From positions 1-12,719 of the forward strand of contig JAEOTE010000028.1 of assembly GCA_016839945.1 (NCBI GenBank): a stretch of 12,719 nt of DNA. Direction: 5' to 3'. Positions 6,748 to 12,719 of this stretch are shown piece after piece. This stretch comes from Candidatus Heimdallarchaeota archaeon (GTDB taxonomy: Archaea > Asgardarchaeota > Heimdallarchaeia > Heimdallarchaeales > Heimdallarchaeaceae). The notes beneath the pieces were generated by a model that was not told the origin of the DNA, ran no database searches, and saw only the letters and a program-made list of their open reading frames with translations. How positions within the stretch are numbered: the first letter of the stretch is position 1; each line of letters starts with the position of its first letter. A program made the position numbers and the translations under genes.

Positions 6748-8984
6748 ACGATTTAATTCCTCCTCACACAAGAGGTGAATCTATCTTTGTTGATGATATT
6801 CCTGAACCTAAAAATATGCTTCATGTAGCTGTTTTCATTTCAAATATTCCACATGGAAAAATAATAAATTTGAATATTGGAGAAGCAGAAAAATATGAAG
6901 GGGTTGTCAAAGTTATTACTGCTAAGGATATTCCAGGTGAAAATCAACTTGGAAGAATCATTCAAGATGAAGAACTTATTGCAGAAGAAAAGGTAGATTT
7001 CATTGGGCAACCTATAGTAGTTGTTTATGCAAAAACAAAAGAACAAGCAAACAAAGCTAAAGATTTAATCAGTGTAGAATTCGATGAACTCCCAGCAATC
7101 TTTGATCCTAGGGAAGCTGCGAAAAAAGGTGCATTGATAGCTCCATCTCGAACTTTTACTTTGGGAGATGTTGATTCAACATGGGATAGTTGTGAAACCA
7201 TTGTTGAAGGTAGAGTTGATTCGGGTGGACAAGAACACGTCTATATGGAAACTCAAGGATGTTTAGCTATCCCTGAAGAAGATGGAAGATTGTTATTATA
7301 TTCAGCTACCCAAAATCCTTCCACAGTTCAAAGTACTGTCTCTGATATTTTAGATTATGATATGAATAAAATAGAAGTGGATGTAAAACGGATAGGTGGA
7401 GGTTTTGGTGGAAAAGAAGACCAAGCAACAGCTTGGGCAGCAATTTGTGCTTTAGGATCATATTATACAAAACAACCTGTAAAATTAGTACTTGATAGAC
7501 ATGAAGATATGATTGTTACAGGTAAACGTCATCCTTATTCAACAGATTACAAATTAGGTTTGGATAAAGATGGAAAAATCCTAGCTTTTACAGCTGATTA
7601 TTACCAAGATGCTGGTGCAGCTGCTGATCTTTCTACAGCTATATTGGGTCGAACACTGTTTCATGTGACAAACGCATATTTCATACCCAATGTTCGAGTT
7701 ACTGCTTATTCATGTAAAACGAATATAGTCCCAAATACTGCTATGCGTGGTTTTGGTGCTCCTCAAGCAATGTTTGTAATTGAATGTATTTTATCTCATG
7801 CTTCTGAAGTATCTAGTATTCCTGTTTCAGTTCTTCAAGAAAAGAATCTGCTCAATGAGGGAGATCAATTTCCATATGGTATGCAAGTAGAAAAAACAAC
7901 TGCAAGAAGAAGTTTCTCACAAGTCATTGAGGATTCTAGATTTCATGATTTAGTAAAAGAACAAGAAGAATTCAATAAAGAGAGTCGCTTCATCAAAAAA
8001 GGTATTTCAATTATGCCTATATGTTTTGGAATTTCTTTCACAGCTACTCACATGAATCAAGCAGGTGCTCTAGTTAATGTATATTGGGATGGGAGTGTGG
8101 GTGTGAGCACTGGAGCAATCGAGATGGGTCAAGGAGTTAATATGAAAATTAAAACTATTGCTGCTCGAGCACTTTCCATAAAACCTGAAAGAATTCGAAT
8201 TGAGAGTACTAATACTACTCGAGTCATAAATACTTCTCCAACTTCTGCAAGTACTGGAGCTGACTTAAATGGAAAAGCAACAGAAATCGCTTGCAAAAAG
8301 ATTATCGAGCGATTATTGAATGTCGCAGCTGAGAAGCTTGGACAAGGTGTAGTATCTTTTGAAAATGAAATTGTTTTACTAAATGGTAAAAAGACTGAAC
8401 TTACATGGGAAAATCTTGTTTGGTCAGCTTATCTTAGTAGAGTAAATCTTGCAGCTCAAGCTTTCTACGCAACACCTGGAATATATTTTGATTCTGAGAA
8501 AGAAAAGGGAAAACCTTTTGCTTATCATGCATTTGGAACAGCTGTTACTGAAGCTTCTGTTGATTGTTTAAGAGGTACTTATACCATCGATAAGGTTCAT
8601 GTTGTTCACGATGCAGGAAGGAGTTTGAATTATTTAATCGATCTTGGTCAAGTTGAGGGAGGATTAGTTCAAGGAATTGGTTGGTTGACTCTTGAAGAAC
8701 TTCAGTATGAAAATGGAAAATTAATTTCAGATTCTCTTGCTACATATAAGGTCCCAGATATTCATTTTGCTCCTGAAATCACAGTAAAATTCCTTGAAGA
8801 TGTAGATAATCCATATGCAGTTATGAAGTCAAAAGCAATAGGAGAACCTCCTTTTATGTATGGAATAGGTTCATACTTCGCAATAAAAGATGCTGCGCAG
8901 AAATTTAGAAATGATAAAGATTGGAGTTATTCAGCTCCTCTCACTCCTGAAAAACTTCTTCTCTATCTATATGATATAGAATAA
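6744..8984 (+). CDS. xdhB: Xanthine dehydrogenase molybdopterin-binding subunit
   Basis: GGQEHVYME, RIGGGFGGKE, DLSTAILGRTLFH, TAMRGFGAPQ, FGISFT, EMGQG, DLGQVEGGLVQGIG, SKAIGEPP. Equivalents of bovine XOR Q767, E802, R880, F914, F1009, T1010 and E1261 are all present. Confidence 0.96.
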   Translation: MNDLIPPHTRGESIFVDDIPEPKNMLHVAVFISNIPHGKIINLNIGEAEKYEGVVKVITAKDIPGENQLGRIIQDEELIAEEKVDFIGQPIVVVYAKTKEQANKAKDLISVEFDELPAIFDPREAAKKGALIAPSRTFTLGDVDSTWDSCETIVEGRVDSGGQEHVYMETQGCLAIPEEDGRLLLYSATQNPSTVQSTVSDILDYDMNKIEVDVKRIGGGFGGKEDQATAWAAICALGSYYTKQPVKLVLDRHEDMIVTGKRHPYSTDYKLGLDKDGKILAFTADYYQDAGAAADLSTAILGRTLFHVTNAYFIPNVRVTAYSCKTNIVPNTAMRGFGAPQAMFVIECILSHASEVSSIPVSVLQEKNLLNEGDQFPYGMQVEKTTARRSFSQVIEDSRFHDLVKEQEEFNKESRFIKKGISIMPICFGISFTATHMNQAGALVNVYWDGSVGVSTGAIEMGQGVNMKIKTIAARALSIKPERIRIESTNTTRVINTSPTSASTGADLNGKATEIACKKIIERLLNVAAEKLGQGVVSFENEIVLLNGKKTELTWENLVWSAYLSRVNLAAQAFYATPGIYFDSEKEKGKPFAYHAFGTAVTEASVDCLRGTYTIDKVHVVHDAGRSLNYLIDLGQVEGGLVQGIGWLTLEELQYENGKLISDSLATYKVPDIHFAPEITVKFLEDVDNPYAVMKSKAIGEPPFMYGIGSYFAIKDAAQKFRNDKDWSYSAPLTPEKLLLYLYDIE

Positions 8985-8993
8985 AAAATACTA

Positions 8994-9962
8994 GTGTTTA
9001 TTATGAATGAAGAACATTATTGGAAAACTACATTGACAGAACTTGAGCAAGGAAAGCATGTTGTTTTAGTAGTTATAATAGATAGGAAAGGATCTGCACC
9101 TAATGTTCCAGGAGCAAAGATGTTTGTAACTAAAAGTAATGTTATGGGAACAGTAGGTGGAGGAAACTCTGAACATAAATTACTTAATCGAGCGCGAATT
9201 CTACTGAAAGAAAAAAAGCTATTTGCTGAAAAAATGTATATGGAACATAGTGAAGAAGCTCTGGAAGATAGTTCTGGAATGATTTGTTCTGGTTCTCAAA
9301 CCTTTGCATTGATCACACTAGGAGAAAGAGATATACAAAAAATCAAAGAAATCTGGGAGAGTTACAATAAAGCACAACCTGGTTTATTAACAATAAATGA
9401 AAAAGGCATTTCTTTTGAATCTGATAAAACTACAACACATAGTCATTGTTATTCCGAACAAGAAACTTCTTGGATGTATAAAGAGAATGTTGGAACACAA
9501 GATCGACTTTTCATCATAGGAGGAGGACATGTATCACTAGCACTTTCATGTATAATGGAATTCCTAGGCTTTCATATAACAGTTTTTGATGATAGAAAAG
9601 ATCTACCAACTATTGAATCTAATGTTTATGCTAACGTAAAAAAGATTGTATCCTATGAAGATATTGCAACATACATTCCTGAAGGAGAGAATGTCTATGT
9701 TACAATCATGACCTTTGGACATATTTCAGATGAACTAGTTCTTGAGAAAATCATTTCTAAAAAATGCAGATATATTGGAATGTTAGCAAGTTTAAAGAAG
9801 AAACAACAAGTCTTTGAAAATCTAGAGCAAAAAGGAATTTCAAAAGAACTACTGGATTCTATACATTCACCTATTGGTGTTAGAATTAAAAGCCATACAC
9901 CTGAAGAAATTGCAATAAGTATCGCAGCAGAAGTAATTCAAGTTAAAAATACAGAAGATTAG
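8994..9962 (+). CDS. xdhC: XdhC/CoxI-family molybdenum cofactor insertion chaperone
   Basis: KGSAPNVPGAKM, GTVGGG, GMICSG, IIGGGHVSLAL, MTFGHISD, YIGMLAS, IHSPIG..TPEEIAISIAAE; directly follows xdhB. Start is GTG 8994 or ATG 9003. Confidence 0.92.
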   Translation: MFIMNEEHYWKTTLTELEQGKHVVLVVIIDRKGSAPNVPGAKMFVTKSNVMGTVGGGNSEHKLLNRARILLKEKKLFAEKMYMEHSEEALEDSSGMICSGSQTFALITLGERDIQKIKEIWESYNKAQPGLLTINEKGISFESDKTTTHSHCYSEQETSWMYKENVGTQDRLFIIGGGHVSLALSCIMEFLGFHITVFDDRKDLPTIESNVYANVKKIVSYEDIATYIPEGENVYVTIMTFGHISDELVLEKIISKKCRYIGMLASLKKKQQVFENLEQKGISKELLDSIHSPIGVRIKSHTPEEIAISIAAEVIQVKNTED

Positions 9963-9995
9963 AAGTTTTTCTAAATCCTATTTTAAATTGATTCC

Positions 9996-10011
9996 AGAAT
10001 TTTTTTATATC
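9996..10011 (+). promoter_or_regulatory. Putative archaeal TATA box for a leaderless transcript
   Basis: agaatttttttatatc with TTTTATAT ending at 10010, 27 nt before ATG 10038; no Shine-Dalgarno motif before the start. Confidence 0.5.
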
Positions 10012-10037
10012 TCCATTCTGATAACATACGGTTAACT

Positions 10038-10460
10038 ATGGAATCACAAATGTCTAAAACCGAAATTGATTCATCAAGATCTAGAAGAGATACTATAAAC
10101 TTTTTTCTAAGTGGTTTAGTTTGGTCAGTATTATATCTCTTCATTCAATTAATAGTATGGTTGGTCAAAAAAGATTTCACCGTATCTCTATCTCTTTGTG
10201 GCAAAATAGGGATAGGAATGATAGCTTTTAGTTTAATAATTTTAGGTGGAAAAGATAAGCTTGCAGCTGCAACAGCTTCAAGGTATGTAGCTACAGGATC
10301 AAAATCCTCACATGATGATAGTGTTGCTACAGCTTCAAGAGAAGCTGCAAAAGAAAGTTTCTTACTTATTGTTGTTGCTCCAATTGGTGTATGGATGTTA
10401 CTATGGGGTTTAATATTTCTAATACCGTATGCTTTTGGTGTTCCATTTATTATCAGATGA
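10038..10460 (+). CDS. Hypothetical small membrane protein (about 3 TM segments)
   Basis: 140-aa ORF filling the gap between xdhC and the AKR gene, co-oriented with both; hydrophobic stretches FFLSGLVWSVLYLFIQLIVWLV, IGIGMIAFSLIILGG, FLLIVVAPIGVWMLLWGLIFLIPYAFGVPFII. Confidence 0.75.
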   Translation: MESQMSKTEIDSSRSRRDTINFFLSGLVWSVLYLFIQLIVWLVKKDFTVSLSLCGKIGIGMIAFSLIILGGKDKLAAATASRYVATGSKSSHDDSVATASREAAKESFLLIVVAPIGVWMLLWGLIFLIPYAFGVPFIIR

Positions 10461-10510
10461 GTTGTTATCATAAAAACTAATATACACAGATTTCAATAAG
10501 AGTTAGAACA

Positions 10511-11338
10511 ATGAGTCTTAATATTAATTCAACTGTAAAATTAAATAATGACGTTGAAATTCCTATATTCGGTTTAGGAACATATCTAGCAGAACAAGGA
10601 AAACAAGCAGAAGATGCTATACAAATCGCTTTAGAAGCTGGTTACAAACATTTTGACACAGCTTCTTTCTATTTCAATGAAGAGAGTGTAGGTAAGGCTA
10701 TAAGAGATAGTTCCTATGATAGGAAGGAACTCTCCGTAACAACCAAATTATGGAATTCTGATCATGGTTATGAAAATGCTCTGACTGCCTTTAATAAAAG
10801 TCTGAAGAAACTTAATATCGAGTATATTGATCTTTATCTAATCCATTGGCCTGTTGAAGGAAGGAGAAAGGAATCTTGGAAAGCTTTAGAAAAAGTCTAC
10901 AAAGAAGGTCAATGTCGAGCTATTGGAGTTAGCAATTACACAATCATGCATCTAGAAGAACTTCTCTCAGAATGTGAAATTAAACCAACTGTAAACCAAG
11001 TAGAATATCATCCATTTTTGTATCAAAAGGATTTAAGGGATTATTGTAAAAGCAATAATATTATTCTTGAATCTTATAGTCCTTTAACTAAGGGACAACG
11101 CTTACATGATGAAAAACTTGGAAAGATAGCTAAAGAATATAATCGATCTCCAGCTCAGATTTTAATTAGATGGAATCTAGAGCAGAATGTTATTGTTATT
11201 CCAAAGTCTTCAAACAAGAATAGGATAATTGAGAACTCTAAGGTTTTTGATTTCTCAATAAAGCCAGAAGATATGGAGCGATTAAATTCTCTAAATGAAA
11301 ACTATAGATGTACTTGGGATCCAACTAATATTCCTTAA
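10511..11338 (+). CDS. Aldo-keto reductase (AKR5-like; glyoxal / 2,5-diketogluconate reductase type)
   Basis: IPIFGLGTY, HFDTASFYFNE, TTKLWN, DLYLIHWP (D-Y-K-H tetrad), AIGVSNY, NQVEYHP, YSPL, IPKS. Confidence 0.95.
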   Translation: MSLNINSTVKLNNDVEIPIFGLGTYLAEQGKQAEDAIQIALEAGYKHFDTASFYFNEESVGKAIRDSSYDRKELSVTTKLWNSDHGYENALTAFNKSLKKLNIEYIDLYLIHWPVEGRRKESWKALEKVYKEGQCRAIGVSNYTIMHLEELLSECEIKPTVNQVEYHPFLYQKDLRDYCKSNNIILESYSPLTKGQRLHDEKLGKIAKEYNRSPAQILIRWNLEQNVIVIPKSSNKNRIIENSKVFDFSIKPEDMERLNSLNENYRCTWDPTNIP

Positions 11339-11345
11339 GAAAAAT

Positions 11346-12248
11346 TTAATCTACAAATATTGATTTTGGAAGTACAGCTCTAACTCCAGGAGTTATATCC
11401 ACCAGTTGACTTATTCTCATATCTACAACACAACTACACAATGCATAAGCTTCTTCTCTGCTCAGACCTTTTTCTTGAACTATCCAATCTATCATATCTC
11501 TCAAAGCTATTTTACATGCTTCATCTGTTGTTTCTGCCCAGGCGGTAGTCATGTAATAATCATCAGTTTCATAATGAGGACGATCAATCTTCTTTTCTTT
11601 ATTAACAATAAGTTTGATTGTGACATCTGCATCAATCTCTACTGCAGTTCCACAAACTTCTCCATCTCCTTGAACAGCATGTACATCACCTACTGCAAAG
11701 AGTGCTCCTTCTACAAATATAGGAAGATAGACTTTTGTTCCAGCTGTGCAAGCTCTTGAATCCATATTTCCCCCATATTCTTTTGGAATGAGAGTCCCAT
11801 GATCGTGTTTAACTTCTGTTGGTGCAACTATTAATGTTCCAGGAAAAGGATCGATAGGTATTTTCACTTTTTCACTAAAAATAGCATATCCATCTTCTAT
11901 AGGTATAATTCGTGTCCAAGGTTCAGGATATTCAGGAGCTAAGAAACCAAAATTGGGTATTATGCAACAAGAACCTTGTTTAGCTACATCAATATTCAAG
12001 ATATGAACTTCAAGTGTGTCTCCTGGTTCAGCACCTTCAACATAAACTGGTCCTGTTGCAGGATTTATATGTTCCATATCAAAGTCTATTGGTAAATCCT
12101 CAGGTTTCTGAATTACTTGATTAAAAGCATCTTTACATTCAAAAACAACGGTATCACCTGATTTGATTTTTAAAGCTGGAGCATTCTCCTTATCTGCTTG
12201 AAATACTACATCATTCATTGAAACTCGGTGTATCATTTCAGAATTCAT
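11346..12248 (-). CDS. Acetamidase/formamidase family protein
   Basis: NPATGPVYVEGAEPGDTLEVHI, PFPGT, GGNMD, YLPIFVEGALFAVGDVHAVQGDGEVCGTAVE, EAYALCS..DMRISQLVD. Confidence 0.93.
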   Translation of the reverse strand: MNSEMIHRVSMNDVVFQADKENAPALKIKSGDTVVFECKDAFNQVIQKPEDLPIDFDMEHINPATGPVYVEGAEPGDTLEVHILNIDVAKQGSCCIIPNFGFLAPEYPEPWTRIIPIEDGYAIFSEKVKIPIDPFPGTLIVAPTEVKHDHGTLIPKEYGGNMDSRACTAGTKVYLPIFVEGALFAVGDVHAVQGDGEVCGTAVEIDADVTIKLIVNKEKKIDRPHYETDDYYMTTAWAETTDEACKIALRDMIDWIVQEKGLSREEAYALCSCVVDMRISQLVDITPGVRAVLPKSIFVD

Positions 12249-12346
12249 TGTAATTCAGAAAAATGAATAAACAAAGAAATAAAAATGTTTCCAGCTTTAT
12301 TGCAATTATACTTAAAGTTATTAGTTCTAATCAAACTTAATACATA

Positions 12347-12719
12347 ATGAGTATGGCTCTTAGAAATCTTAGCTCTCTTGTTGGAGGTTTTTCAATAATA
12401 CTAGCTGTACTTCCAATCTTTTTTAGCGAAGCTATTGATTTTTATTATGTTCCAATATTCAAAATCACAATTCTGAGCTTAACTGTTATTTTTGCCTTCT
12501 ATCTTTTTTTTAAGAAACAGAGAGAAGATATGAATTATATTTTCCCTTTTTTTCTTTCTATATTGTTCTTTTTCATAAGTGAGATATTGTTTTTTATATA
12601 CTCAGTCTTTGAATCCGAAATTCTCTTTATTGTTTCTAATGCAGTTACTTTACTTGCCTATTTTCCAATTTACATTTTATTAGTGAGACACATTAGAAGG
12701 AATGAACAATACCTTTCGA
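12347..12719 (+). CDS. Hypothetical multi-pass membrane protein (3' end outside window)
   Basis: ATG 12347 (or 12353) opens a stop-free frame to the edge: MSMALRNLSSLVGGFSIILAVLPIFF..ITILSLTVIFAFYLFFKKQRED..IFPFFLSILFFFISEILFFIY..LFIVSNAVTLLAYFPIYILLVRH; about 4 hydrophobic segments. Not in the ORF track. Confidence 0.75.
   Translation, partial: MSMALRNLSSLVGGFSIILAVLPIFFSEAIDFYYVPIFKITILSLTVIFAFYLFFKKQREDMNYIFPFFLSILFFFISEILFFIYSVFESEILFIVSNAVTLLAYFPIYILLVRHIRRNEQYLS

Noticed and set aside
2171-7046. Antisense ORFs 2171..2413, 3740..4120, 5370..5639, 6011..6193 and 6840..7046
   Set aside because: All lie opposite well-supported enzymes and have no recognisable motifs.
10145-10471. 108-aa minus-strand ORF
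   Set aside because: Antisense shadow of the plus-strand membrane protein, which has a TATA-like element and coherent TM pattern.
11406-11759. 117-aa plus-strand ORF
   Set aside because: Antisense to the well-supported acetamidase/formamidase gene.

Overview
AT-rich, probably archaeal window (GGTGA/GGAGGTG ribosome-binding sites, TATA-like boxes about 25-30 nt before apparently leaderless starts; an Asgard/Heimdallarchaeia-like origin is my inference). Left: a minus-strand gene missing from the ORF track (1625..<1) encoding a signal peptide, seven 58-aa (174-nt) tandem beta-propeller blades with a fixed framework and a few hypervariable positions, then a fibronectin-III-like domain that runs off the window. 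Divergent from it is a tightly coupled six-gene purine-catabolism operon (1809..9962): SsnA-like amidohydrolase, a PreA/YgfK-like FMN + 2x[4Fe-4S] oxidoreductase lacking the catalytic Cys loop, a ThrC-fold PLP enzyme lacking the phosphate-binding residues, and a canonical xanthine dehydrogenase xdhA-xdhB-xdhC. Downstream are a small membrane protein, an aldo-keto reductase, a convergent acetamidase/formamidase and a partial membrane protein. Best candidates for undescribed biology: a compact variant of anaerobic purine ring cleavage, and the diversifying repeat propeller.
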